From Calcarisporiella thermophila CBS 279.70 (lineage: Eukaryota; Fungi; Calcarisporiellomycota): a stretch of 64,000 bases of DNA. The stretch's first letter is position 1. Every line of letters starts with the position of its first letter. The DNA is taken from contig NW_027192229.1 in the NCBI RefSeq assembly GCF_041956535.1, positions 42,848-106,847 on the forward strand. Direction: 5' to 3'. A program made the position numbers and the translations under genes. Shown piece after piece: positions 47,347-61,514 of the stretch. The notes beneath the pieces were generated by a model. The model saw only the letters and a program-made list of their open reading frames with translations. It did not search any database and was not told the origin of the DNA.

Positions 47347-47960
47347 ATGTTTTGCGCAAGTATGTGACTCGATCGCTTTACTGTTCCTTTGAAAAGGGTG
47401 GCACGATCCATTTGACTGACCCCATTACTTTATTGTTTTTTTTATTGCTACTTTAGTCTCAGGAGAGGCACCAGAGCACCCAGTCATCTCCAAAAAATCG
47501 GGTCAGATTTTCGAGCGAAGATTGATCCTCAAGTACATTGCAGAGAACGGACAAGATCCCATTACCCATGAGGAGCTCACGGAAGAGGATCTGGTGGACG
47601 TCAAGACGTGTAAGAGATCACCCCCTCCCTCATTTTCCCGCACCTTCGCGATGGATTGTTTTTAGATAACTAACGGTCGATTCTCTTCATCTTTTCTTTG
47701 CCATGGTAGCGCAAAAGGGTGCCCAGCCTCGCCCTCCTAACCTGACCTCGGTTCCTGCCCTTCTCTCCACTTTTCACGACGAGTGGGATAAACTAATGCT
47801 GGAAACCTTCAAGCTTAAGCAGGAACATGCGCAACTTCGCCAGGAGCTGAGCCAGGCTCTCTATCAGTACGATGCCGCAACACGTGTCATTGCGCGATTG
47901 ATGAAGGAACGTGATGAAGCACGAGAGGCTCTTGCGAATTTGCAAGCCAACTCGTCCTAA
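47347..47960 (+). CDS. PRP19: Prp19 N-terminal module only (U-box plus coiled coil, 138 aa, no WD40), 3 exons
   Basis: Exons 47347-47359, 47457-47609 and 47710-47960 total 417 nt: [41 protein letters not shown]...[24 protein letters not shown]...[33 protein letters not shown], then stop. Confidence 0.9.
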
Positions 47961-48198
47961 TCTTTGTTAATTTTTCGAGCGTGTAAATTCCTTTTACTTT
48001 TTCTTTTTCTTTGATTTTTCTGTAATCTTTGCTTTCTTTTTTTTTATCTCGCTACACAAAAGTTTCATAAAAGACATTTCGAAAGGGAAAGGGAGAGGGA
48101 AAGGTTTTCCCGAGGATAATCTCTAGCACAAAAGGTTTATTTGTCGATGAATTTATTTTACAGGTAGCGTCGTGATAAATGAACAAGAAGCAGCAATG

Positions 48199-49471
48199 TC
48201 ATGATGTTGGAGAGGATCCACTCTCCACAGGGGCGACAAACAGATCCACAAAAGCAGCCTGTAGGGCTCGTTCGAAGACACTCCTAACGGTGAATCCGCC
48301 TGCACGCGCCATTCTCTTGGTGGCATACCCTGCCAGTCGGGGGTCATCATAGGCGCCTTTGAACTCGTATCCCTGCACCTCGGCATAAGGAGACTGAACC
48401 GGATCCCAGTCGGGGTCCAGCTCTTCCTCTTCCTCCTCTTCCATGGTCTCTCTCTGTTGCAACGACAGCAGATAGCTGTCAATCTTCGCCTTGCTCTGCT
48501 CTTGCTGCTGCTGCTGCTGCTGCTTGCGCATGGAGGACCGCTTAAGCTGGATGGCCTGCTGCTGCCTCTGTGCGATGATGGCGTCTGCCGGTCGGTCACT
48601 AGTCGCCAGTTCTCGGATGATCTCCAAACGCTCTGCTGTCTTTGCCATCCGCTCTTCCTCGATTTCGCGCCTGTAAGCTTCGAAGCTCTGCTGTTTCTCA
48701 AGGCGCTCCTGCTCCTCCTGGTACTTGAGAAGGCGTTCTTCATTCATGCGGCGAGTTTCGTTTTTGCGAATGAGATCTTGATTCTCTTTCTCGTACTGCT
48801 CCATTTTAGACATGGTGTCTTGAACATCGATTCCATTGATAAGATTAAACGCTAGTAGCGAAGAAACAAAGCATTAGCATGAGGGGTGGTGGAATGCGCT
48901 TGGAGACACATACTGATCACTTCAACTTCTTCTAAGTAGTCGTTGTATGCCTTCAATGTCGGGAAATCCTCTTGCCTCTTGTTAAATCTAACATAACCCG
49001 TGTCAGAGATCTTCATTCCCAAAAAAAAAAGAAAACAGCTAGAGGAAGCCCTTCTCCACACTAGTGGCCTACATTTTAGCCAGCCGCTTTCTTGTTTGTA
49101 CTTCTTTTTCGACCTGCAGATCTTCGAATGTCTGCGACATGAATTGGTTTTTCCGCAGCACCACGCCGCAGATCGGGCAGGGGGCAGGACCCGAAATGAA
49201 GATGCGATCAATGCAATTATTGCACCTAGACACGCGGGGAATCAAGAGGAGGTATGAAGGCCAGACAAATCAAGAAAATTAATGCTGAGGGAAGCTTACA
49301 TTTTGTGAAAACATGGAGAGACCAGCAGCTTCATTTGAGGATTGAGGTAGTTGTCGCTCTTGCACACGGGGCACACGACGTGCTCCGTCTATGACAAAGA
49401 AGCGGTTGAGAAAGGAATGGCTTCCCGGGCATTAGGGGGATCCTCACCTGCTCGACCTTTCGAGTCTTCAT
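48199..49471 (-). CDS. TFB3: TFIIH/CAK assembly factor MAT1 (RING finger), multi-exon
   Basis: Spliced CPVCKSDNYLNPQMKLLVSPCFHKMCNNCIDRIFISGPAPCPIC...QTFEDLQVEKEV, FNKRQEDFPTLKAYNDYLEEVE and ARAGGF. Confidence 0.95.
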
Positions 49472-50081
49472 TGTGATCCGGGGGAGGCAGAATCGGCGAG
49501 GGCGGGGGAGAGGGGGGGGGGAGCCGCAGAGCGGAAAAAAAGGTTCTTAAGTCGCGAGAAGAGAGTTCTGGGCCGAATAGAAAAAGTATCCAGCCGGCTC
49601 GCTCCCAGAATTTTAGGTTCGCATGAATTGATTCTCTGCTCAGTCTCTGCCCTCCCTTTTTTCCTCAGTGGCGTGGAGGAGTTTCTCGACTTGTCTTTCG
49701 CATTCCGTTGTTCCTTCCTTCTCTCCATTAGGCATAGACATCGCAGAGGTGAATTCGCAGGAAAAGGTAAATTGCCATCCAGCGCCGCTCTCTTGAGCGT
49801 TGCGGATCTTCCCATCCGGATGATTCCCGGAATTGACCTCCACCCTGCAACCGAAAGTAGTGATTGCAAATCTCATTCTCCGATTCACAAACACTCTTAC
49901 TTGGACAAGTGCAGAGGAAGAGAGTGCGTGTGATCGCATTGCTACATTCCAAAGCATGCTCCTTAATATCGCTAAACAATCGTGCTAATCCCTGTTGTTG
50001 AATCTCTTTAGAACAGAGGAGAAAAAAAATACATAACTTTCAGAGGCGCGGTCCCACTCTCTTTTACTATTTCGTTAAAGT

Positions 50082-51539
<1,458 letters not shown>

Positions 51540-52559
51540 GAGGTCGAGGCGAGGGGTGGCAGGGAGTGGGGGGGGGGGGGAGGGCCGGGGCCAAAAAAGA
51601 AGCGCTTACTTAACAGTGTGATTCTCTACTCATCTGTGTGTTATTTTTGTTTTCCCTTGTGTTATATAATATACAATCCATCTTCCCTTGATTTTTCCCT
51701 TCGCGCTCCTATCCGTCAATCCTATAGACGGTTTCGACGCCAGCACTCCTTTTTAATTTTTCCCTTCCGCAAATTGCTTACCAAGAGAGATTTTCCGGGA
51801 TTTAGAAAAACGCAACCTTCACACACCCGACCTGAAAACAAAAGCAGTGACGAAACGATGATTTCATTGCAAATAAAAAGAGAATAGCGATTCTTTTTTT
51901 TTATCCGACGGTTCTTTTTATGCAAATATGGCTTGTGCTCCAAGCCAACGGAAAATTCCCCTTCCCTGTGGTTCAGTTGAGTAATCACAGGAGCCCGCTT
52001 TCGACCGATCTTCCTTTTTTTCCCTTCGGAGCCGTCGGCAATCAGAATTGGGAATTCTTCCCGTTTGAGCCAGGTCCAATCGCGGTACGGCTGCGCCAGA
52101 CTGTGCCTCTCACGGTGATTGGGCCATGCGGAGTGTTTCCATCTAAAAATTGAAAGGCTCAAATTTGGCGCCTCCTTTTTTCATATTTAGTGTCGCTAAA
52201 TTTTCTATTCCCCTTTTCTAAATATTTCGTTTGAGTTTCAGTCCGACTAAATATAACGAGGCCGTAATTGACCGTTAAAGTTCCTTAGGCCGCTTTTTTT
52301 CCTCTTCATTCCATTGCTTCTGCAATTTCTCGCCTCGTCGCTTTTGCGCTTGAGAACGCCGTGCTCAGAGCCCTCTCCTCCCCTTACTCTACTTTCTTCC
52401 TCCACGGGTGATCCCCCCCCCAATCACAGAGACTTCTTCAAGCTGGCGTCCTTCACCACCTACGCCGTGGACACGCGCTCCGAAAAGTCGGAGCCGCTGC
52501 ACCTCCCCCTAACGACCGCGGACCCTGCGGCCGTCTCCGCCGACAGCAAGGCGTCCTTC

Positions 52560-53838
52560 ATGCAGCCGCTGCTCTCCTATTACCACCGCCCGCAAAAGCT
52601 GGCGAAGGCTGGGGCATGGCCTGCGGCCATCGATACTTCCTATATATGGCTTGGTCTCTATTTCTGTTTCAACCTGGCCCTGACAATCTACAACAAGGCT
52701 GTGATGCAGCTCTTCGACTTCGGCTTCCCATGGACGCTAACGGGAATCCATACTCTGTGCGGGGCAGTCGGCGCCTACCTGTGCTGCCAGATGGGCTACT
52801 TTCGGCCGGCCAACTTGGGAGAGCGGGAGAGCTTAGTCATGCTGCTCTTTTCGGTGCTGTACACTATCAATATTGCTATTAGTAATGTGTCCCTGAACCT
52901 GGTCACCGTGCCCGTGAGTATTTCCTCTGCCCTCTGACGTGGCGACACGAGATGCAGGACACTGACTCCCGTGTTTACATTATTGTTAGTTCCATCAAGT
53001 GGTTCGTGCCATGACGCCCCTCTTCACCATCATTCTCTCGGTGTTTTTCTTGCAAAAACACTACTCCATCATGGTGTATATCTCTCTGATACCGGTACGT
53101 GATCATGCATTCTATCCACGCTCCCATTCTATCATATTCATTGACGTTTGTGTTGTCCTCTTCTAGGTGGTGCTCGGAGTTGCCTTTGCCACCTTTGGCG
53201 ACTACAACTACACACCCATGGGCTTTGTTCTCACCGTGCTCGGCGGTGTTCTCGCGGCACTGAAGACCGTGGTGACCAATCGCGTTCAGGTCGGCCGGCT
53301 CAAACTACACCCGCTCGATCTGCTTCTTCGCATGTCGCCTCTGGCCTTTCTGCAGACGATGATCTATGCCTACGTGACGGGCGAGATGGCGGAGCTGCGC
53401 GAGTTCTCCCGCGCGGGCGGAATGAGCACGACGCTGGTGCTTGCGCTGCTTGCCAATGGGGTGATCGCGTTTTTCCTCAACATCGTGTCCTTCACCGCCA
53501 ACAAGCGGACGAGCGCGCTCACCATGACGGTGGCCGGAAACGTCAAGCAAGTGCTGACGATCGTCATCGCCGTGGTCATCTTCCACATCAACATCACGTT
53601 TATGAACGCAATCGGCATCCTGCTCACCCTTGTGGGGGGCGCCTGGTACACGAAGATCGAGCTGGCCGAGAAGCAGGGCAAGCCGGTGACTCCCAGCTCG
53701 CTTGCCTCGCTCCCCTTCTTCAAGTCCATCGCCCGCCTCTTCGATCACCGGGCGAAAGTCCTCACGCCCGGCGACTCGCTCCTGGGCTCGACCGTAGACA
53801 TGAAGCTCCCTGTCCACGGGACAAAACCCCCCCTCTAA
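52560..53838 (+). CDS. Triose-phosphate/nucleotide-sugar transporter (TPT/SLC35 family), 3 or more exons; start uncertain (ORF open from 52314)
   Basis: YFCFNLALTIYNK, FPWTLTGIH, NIAISNVSL.LVTVP/FHQVVRA, LHPLDLLLRMSPLA and ALTMTVAGNVKQ. Confidence 0.9.
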
Positions 53839-54598
53839 TTTATTAACCCCCTCCATAGTGAATATAATGTGATATATGGTATATGTTTGCCGTTTATATT
53901 ATTTTATTATTGTTATTTTTTTTTTCTCCTCTCTCCATTTCTATTATTATTCTTAGTTTATGTCATGGCACTTATTCGTTCTTCTCTTTTTCCTTACATA
54001 GAGCGTGTATATTTTTTTTTTTTGGCCATTTAATTTTATATGGTTTGAGCTGAATTTTTTATCTTTATGGCTTTTACTTTTTTTTTACTTTTTCCTTCCT
54101 CCCAACTCTCCTTTTGTATATTCCTCCTCTCTCTCTTTATCTCTTTCATATGCCTTTTTTTTTTCTCCTTTGAGCATAAACTACCCATTTCAAATACATA
54201 CTTCTTCTCACTCCAACTTCTGCAGAAAGTGCTCTTATTGTGATGGCGTACAAGGATTTCTTTTTTTTATTGCGCTGTTGATTTTTCCAATCTATCATGA
54301 ATAGGACTAGGTAACGGAGCAAGCTAGTTTGTGTTTATTAGGGTCGGATAGGCACAGACTGGATAGGGGAGAAGGGTAGGAGGGAGCTGGGGCCAAGAGG
54401 TGGGGGATATAGCATATTAATTTATTCAAAAGCAAAGAAGGAATAAGACAAAAGACCCCCTCGCCCGTCGTATTATTACCGATGCCCCATCCCATGGAAA
54501 GAAGTGAAAATTACAAATGCAAGCATGACTACAGATCTTTCTATCCGCCTCCCCCCTCCCCTCCCGTCCTTCTCGCACTTCTCATCTCCAACCGTCGC

Positions 54599-55877
54599 CT
54601 ACTCCAGCCGCTTGGTCAGGATCTCGCACCCGGTCTCGGTGACGAGAAGGGTCTGCTCGAACTGGGCCGAGCGCTTCCCGTCTTCCGTCACCGCCGTCCA
54701 CTGGTCCGGCCATGTCACGTCCCGATGGGTGCCCTGGGAGATCATCGGCTCAATCGTAAATACGTGGCCCGGCCGCATGACCCCGACCGCCTTGTTCTTC
54801 GCATAGTGCGGGACGTTGGGCGCACAGTGGAACAGCTTGTGGATCCCGTGGCCGCAATACGTGCGCACCACCGAGAACCCTCGGCTCTTAGCATGCTTCT
54901 CGATGACGGGCCCCACGTCGCGGTAGAGAGTGCCCGGCTTGACGATCGCAATCGCCTTCTCAAGGCACTCCCGCGTCGTGTCGACGAGCTTTTGCGACTC
55001 CGCATCCACCTCGCCGACACAATAGGTCTCGTTGAGATCCCCGTGGAAGCCCCGATAGTAGAGCGAGACATCGATGTTGATGATGTCTCCATTTTGCAGG
55101 GGGCGTTGGTCCGGAATTCCATGGCAAATCACCTCATTCACCGAACTGTTACGGCGGCACATTGAGGGCAAAACAAAAAGGGAGAGAAGAAAAGAAATTA
55201 GAAGAGTCCGCGAGTTCAGCGGAATGCTACCAATGTAGGGGAATGGGATTCCAAACGGGCCACTTACGTGCAGCAACTCTTTGGGAAATGCCAGTAATTC
55301 AGCGGCGACGGGTATGCTCCGCGTTTGATGGTGGCCTCGTGGATGATCCGGTCGATCTCGTCGGTTGTCACGCCAGCCTTGACGGCCTTTGCTCCCTCCT
55401 CCAGCACCTCCCGAGCCAGCCTACAGACCACCCGCATCCCCTCCTGCTCCTCTGCATTGAGCACCTTGATCGAGGAATAGAAGGGAGCCCGGTTGTAGCG
55501 CGGATCGCCGTCCTCGGAATAGTTCGGCCGGGGAATGGTCAGCGGAACCTCGCGTTTGGGAGAGAGCGGGTAGGCGGGGCGCAGAGAGCCGGTGAATTTG
55601 TACGAGGGCCAGGGATTGTAGGGCTTGTTGGCGGCGGGAGAGACGGGGCCCTCTTTCGCGAGATGGAGGACCTTGTGGAGCGACTATCGTGGAAGCGAGA
55701 TTAGTACCGGTTGGCCCCCTCTCTTGCAAAACCAAACCCAGATCGGCTTACCCAGTTTTTCTTGAAGCACTCCTGAGAACAAAAGTAGGCGGGTGGCAAT
55801 TCAAGTTTGATGCACGTCGGGCACTGGAGCTTGGCGGGGTTGTTGCACCCTTCCCCCTGACATGTGTGCTGATCCAT
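54599..55877 (-). CDS. MAP1: Methionine aminopeptidase 1 with N-terminal zinc finger, multi-exon
   Basis: LQCPTCIKL...[54 protein letters not shown] and SAQFEQT. Confidence 0.97.
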
Positions 55878-56356
55878 TCTGTTGATTGGCGCGAGGCAAA
55901 AAGGAAGGGGGTACTGCTAGATAGAAATCGAGGAGAGTAGAGTGGGTGTGTGAGTGTGCCCCCCCTGATAGAGAAGAGTTAGATAGGATGCTTAGCTGAG
56001 TTGTTTACGCACGAATGTAGAACCAGTCACTTTATGAAATAGATAAGCATTGTACAGCTGAGGCACAAAATTACAAACTGAAAAAAAAAGTGTTCAAGAC
56101 AAATAGATAATGCGAGGGCCGGGGAGAAAGGCAAAAATGGAGAGGAGAGAAAGCAAGCGAACCATGGAGTATATAGCTACAAAAGAGGGAGGGGGGGGGG
56201 GAGGGTTAACGTGAAATAAACTTACAGGAAGTAAAATTACTAATGAAACAGTGGGTGGATGATGGTGATTATGAATACATGAAAAAGAAAAGAAATAAGA
56301 GAAGAAAACAAAAGAAAACACATGCAAAAAGGCGATGTGAAGACAACTGCGACCCT

Positions 56357-59135
56357 CTACTCGTTAATACACTGCGCAAGTATCTGGTCATACCATGGGG
56401 CGTACACTCGTCTATTGAACAGGGCCAATTCACGCACGCTCTCGCCTATTCTTTCCAAATCCGCGCGCACCATCTCCAAACCTAGACTCGAGAGTCGCTC
56501 CAGTGGCATCGGCTGGCCGCTCGCGAGGTGGTGGGCCATCGTCGACTGAGCGCGACGCAGTAGCAGCTGCACCACCGTATCACCCGACTTGAAGAGCGTT
56601 TTCTCGACCATGGCGCGAAGGAGGCTCTGGCGTTCGGGAGAAACCTGGACCCCTGCCCATCGAAGAATGCATTCGGTGATCGCCTCCGCGCCGTGGGATT
56701 TGTCTCCGCTCTCAGCGCCACCCTCTGCGCCATGGTCACCCCCGCCCCTGCCCGTTGGTATATTCTCTCGCAAAATGCGATAGATCTCGTCGCGTAGGGA
56801 TGGGTCATTCCGCCCAAAAAAGTTCCGCACAAGCATCAACAGCGCGGCCACCTTGGTCACCATTCGAACCTCGGCACGCAGCTCTACGATTCTATCTACA
56901 TCTAGCCGCATGGTCTCAGGCAGCGATGCTTCCGATGACGCCCCTTCGCTCTCCATCGTACACATCATCGCCACCATCGCGGTGTTGTACACTTGCTCGT
57001 ATCTTAGAGGCGGCTGGGGCACTCCCTCCGGATTTCTCTTCGCCATCTCCTCCTTCAGCCCGTGCGCGCTCTCCCTCAGCCAAGCCTCCGTGCGCTCCAA
57101 AGAAAGCGTGCCCTCTTTCAGCGCCTTTTCGAACCCCGCGCGCTCATACTCCACGATGTGCTGGACAATGTACGGCCTCGCCATTCTAATGTGGAAGTTG
57201 GCCAGGTCAAGCTGCATGGTGTCGAGCATATCGAATATCTGTTTGAAGGCCTCGGCAGGGTCCTCGAGGCGCACGATCGCCTGGATGGCTTCATCGCGTG
57301 AGGGCGCACAGAGCCGGTGCATGATCCCCAGGATAAACCGGATGCAGCCCTGCAAGTCGAAGACGCCCTTGGCGGCCTGCTGCCGCATCAAATCCACGTC
57401 CAAGATCTCCTCGATCTCGCGGCTGGTGGCGGAAGCGGGAACCATTTCTAGCAGGCGCTGTTTGATTTCGCCCACTACTGGCACCCAGCGCTCGGCTCTC
57501 CCCTGTGCGAAGTCTTCCTTCGCCACGTCGAAGAACGCCTGCGTGGCGACATCACGAACGTAAACCTCAAGGGCGGACCGCGGCGGGGGGGAGAGTTCGA
57601 AATTCGGGTCGAGCGCGATGCGATGGGCAAGCTGCTCGTTGGTGAGGGAAAATCCCGTGGATTGGATCGGGATCTCGCTGAGAACAGAGGAGGCGCCCTT
57701 TGAGGTCGAGGGGGTTGCGGCGTCCTCCACCGAACGAGGTGCAGCTTGCGGCGAGGAGGCAGGGGGCGTTGATCCTTTGTCGGGCCTGTTTCCATAGTCG
57801 CCTCTCTCGTGGTTCGGGCCGGCCTCTATCTGGATGGAGTCTTCTTCAACTTCAGGCGAGCTGGGCCTCTCCTCAAGCACTTCCCTCCTCGCCCCCTCCA
57901 GCCTCTCCAAGGCCTGCCTCCCCCCCAGCCCCGCCAAATGCCGTCGGATATCTCTCTGCTGCTCCTCGATCTTCGGCTTCCACTCCGTCACGAAATCCGG
58001 CGAATTGGCCACCGTATTCCAGAGTCGATCCAACTCGACGTGGTGGGCCATGAGTCCGCGAATGAGCCGCTCGGCATCCTTTGCCTTCCACGCTTCGAAC
58101 GAGCGGTAGTACGTATGCCAAGCCTCGTTAAAAGAGCGCAGGCGCTGCGCCTTTAAGCTTGGGGCCGTCTCGTCCCGCCATATTTCAAACTTAACCAGCA
58201 TCGTCTTCGTTATGCCGACGAGCAACCGCTCGTCTACTCCGGTAGCACCCAGTACTTCGTGTGGGTGGGTTACGATCATGAACGCCGTCAGGAAGACCTT
58301 CGCCGGGTTGCCGCTGTATCTTTTGGACGTCAAGGGCATCATTTGCCGGATCGCCTGCAGCAGCTTTGAAGTGGCGCGGATGAGCTCCTTACTGTTCAGA
58401 AGGCGCTGGAGCCGCGCAAAGCTGCTTTTCTCTGCGCTTTTAAGCGTGAGCCCGTAGGAGATGAACTCGCTAAGCAGGGTGTTTAGGCGTCTATTGGGGA
58501 AGGCTTCGTCCGCGGCTAAAAGGAGATCAGGGTTCGAATCGTGGTTTTGGTGAATACTCTGTAGGATGCGAGACTTGGGAAGCGAGAGCAGTCGTTCACG
58601 TCGTAGCTCTGACTGGCGCAGACGCCGTTCCAAATCTTCTCGCTGCTTCTCTGAATGACAAAAAAAAAACCAAATCCAATGAGCGGAAAATTAAAGGAGC
58701 GAACATAGCAAGCGTGGTAGTGCTACGTGATGGAGCAAAGGAAGACGGGATCGATAGCAGAGCACACATACCTCTCTCCTCCATTTGCTTTGCCTTTTGC
58801 ATCCGCGCAACGCGCTTTGCTCTTTCCACGGCATCCCCACACACCTTCGACTGCTGTTGGAGGATCCTTTCTCTCCTCATTTGAGCTTCCTTAAACCGGG
58901 CCAACATCCGTTGCTTCCTCACTCCGGTATCACAGGGAGACGAGTGACCCCGTTGCGCGCGGTGGTGAGATAAGCGGCGAATAAGGCGAGAGCGCCGTGC
59001 CTCAAGGATGGCGTCGCGACGGCCGGAGGCGTGCTCCGCCGATTCACGGGCCGGTGGAGAGGGGAGCGACGACGACGACGACGACGACAAAAGGTCCTTG
59101 TGAGAACGACTTGAGGACGGCTGGTCTTCTTCCAT
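56357..59135 (-). CDS. SOK1: Tcp11/Sok1 family protein, 2 exons
   Basis: LTNEQLAHRIALDPNF, LDVDLMRQQ..GVFD, LCAPSRD, MQLDLANF, VEYER..F and LPETMRLD..R. Intron at about 58652-58770. Confidence 0.9.
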
Positions 59136-60366
59136 AATTGTGTGGGTGACCCTTCGGTGGATTTCAGAAAGGGAGAGGAGGGAAAGAGGGTGTGAAACCG
59201 AAGAGATAATAAAGGAGCAAGGGCAAAAGGAAGTCAAAAGAAAACGACTGATAGAAATGGATTGGTCAGCAGAATTTGCGGTCACATTCGCATCATTCAT
59301 CTCCCTTGCATAATATAAGCGGATATGCATTAGTCCATAAAAGAAAACGGCTCTTCACGCAACGGATGAAGCCATGGGAAGCGAGCTGGAAAGTCCCTAG
59401 TCCCTATGGCTGCTTATCGCGCGTGCTCGCACCTATATTCCCCTCCCAAGGCGCCCATGAGGATCGCGCGGAGGTTATAGAAAATTCCGGCAACAAGTTC
59501 CTTAATAACAACAGCCAAAAAAAGGTCCGACTCTGGCCAAATTATTAATTATAGGAGAGGCCGGGATCGGGTGGACAACCTTTGTCTCCTCTCCAGCAAG
59601 AGCTTGACCAGACTGAGATTGGCCGTTCATATCCATGGTGTGGCGTCATTTCTGCACACACGATGGAATAGGAACTGCGCCTCATCCATGCTTTGGGATT
59701 CTTGGTCGACTCAGATCCGGGATCCAGGGTATTAAGCAGAGTTTCGATCAAGAATGTTTAGGATGGGCTTCGAGAAAGAGGCGGAATACGGTTGGGTGGG
59801 CTCATATGAGTCAGTTCACTAGAGCAGGTAGAGAGGAATTCTAAAATACGGAAGCTTCCCATCTTGTTACGGACAGTAGCTCTTTCTCTGACCTATGTTT
59901 GGAGTAGAGCCGCTCTTGTTTTTCATTTGATGCGTGATCAACAGTATACGAAAATCGGGATGGAGGGATGCGACGGCCGTAAATCGCCTGCTGTCTTCTT
60001 GTTTGTATTTACACAAGTTCCTACCGCGCCCTCTCTCTACGCTCCATTCTGGCTGCGGCAGAGCGGGTAAACATATGTAAAATTCGTACGCTGCGCTGAG
60101 TTGGAAATAAAAAATAGAGCAGCCACGCAGTCCACTGTAGATTCTCGTACGCTCCCCCAGCATTTGCCTCCAAAACTCTCTTTCTCTCCCGGTCATTGTT
60201 CGATTTGATTTGCGGATCTCATCGACTCCTTACACTCCTTCCCTCCGGCTCCTCTCTTGATCACCCCCTCTTGATCACCACCTTGTTCCATTCCTTTCGA
60301 AGCTCTTGAATTGGCAGGCTCCAATTAAGTCAGTATACCATTTTATTTTATTTATTCCCCTTGAAG

Positions 60367-60915
60367 ATGCCATCCGTCCAGACGATGTCGTATCCTCTCT
60401 CTGCTGTGCGAGAAGAACGCACCACCTCTTCCTGGCTAGACACTGTTCTTTCCGTGCCTCTCTCCCAAGAATCTGCCTCTTCGTCATCTCCCTCCCCATC
60501 TCCAAGCTCGGCGTTATCCGATGAAGGCTCCTGGTCCAATCTCCAAGTATTGGCGGAGGCCTCCAATCTTGCCGAGACAAAGCGCCGTCGCAATGCTAGC
60601 TCGTCTGTTAAAGCATCGCCCGCAACTTACAGACTACAGTTGAATCCCATCGGATCTTTCACCTCATCCTTGGAAAACTTACATCGCCCGCAAAATCCAC
60701 CATTATTTCTACTGGGTTCCAAAGTGGGCGGAGTGTGGCAAGATCTGCCAACCTGTGGGGTGTGCCAGAAGACTTTCAACCGAGTCTACGATCTGCATCG
60801 GCATATGAGGCGCCATGATGCGGGCAATGCGGGGGTGCGGTGTGAGACTTGTGGGAAACAGTTTACGCGAAGAGATGCCCTGCTTAGGCATCTGCGACGA
60901 AAAGCCCACAGCTAA
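60367..60915 (+). CDS. Small C2H2 zinc-finger transcription factor (2 fingers)
   Basis: CGVCQKTFNRVYDLHRHMRRH and CETCGKQFTRRDALLRHLRRKAH. Confidence 0.85.
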   Translation: MPSVQTMSYPLSAVREERTTSSWLDTVLSVPLSQESASSSSPSPSPSSALSDEGSWSNLQVLAEASNLAETKRRRNASSSVKASPATYRLQLNPIGSFTSSLENLHRPQNPPLFLLGSKVGGVWQDLPTCGVCQKTFNRVYDLHRHMRRHDAGNAGVRCETCGKQFTRRDALLRHLRRKAHS

Positions 60916-61514
60916 TGCCCATGTTAATATTATTTATATTTATCTTTGGTACTATTTCATCTGTTAGGATATATTTGCAGATTTGATTGGTTTAGCATAG
61001 TAATAATGATAATAAAAAACGTACAGATAGAGCTTGTAAGAGCAGCCCCGCATCGCACACTCAGCATCCTGTAAGCGTGCTCAAACTTTTCCCCCATGGA
61101 TGGTGATTCCGCAGTCCAGGGCATCCAAGCTTAAGGTTGCAGAAGAGAATTAAGACCAACGGGCTCTGTATCGCCAATATGGATAGCAGAAGATGGGGCG
61201 CACGCGCTCCAACTTCCATTCAATCACGGGATCAGGCGTCCGAGATGCTTGGCCTTGCCGGTCGCTTCTCTGCGGGGCTGGAGAGAGCCACGAAAGAGAG
61301 CGACAGGGATAAGGGTCGTGAGAGAACCACTGGCCAGATTATGCCAACCTTATATTCAAGCTCCGCGCAGGACGGTGGCGAGTTTTGCCTAAAGGGATTC
61401 CATTATGCCCGGATTTTCGGCCTATTATGTTTCACACTTTCCCTTTGCCTCAACCCGTGATTGCCTTCCCTTGTCCTCCAAGCGTTCTCTCTCTGCCTGG
61501 AACGCTTGAACATC

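Noticed and set aside
53148-58457. Numerous overlapping ORFs over the TPT, MAP1 and SOK1 genes
   Set aside because: Explained by stop-codon scarcity in GC-rich coding DNA.
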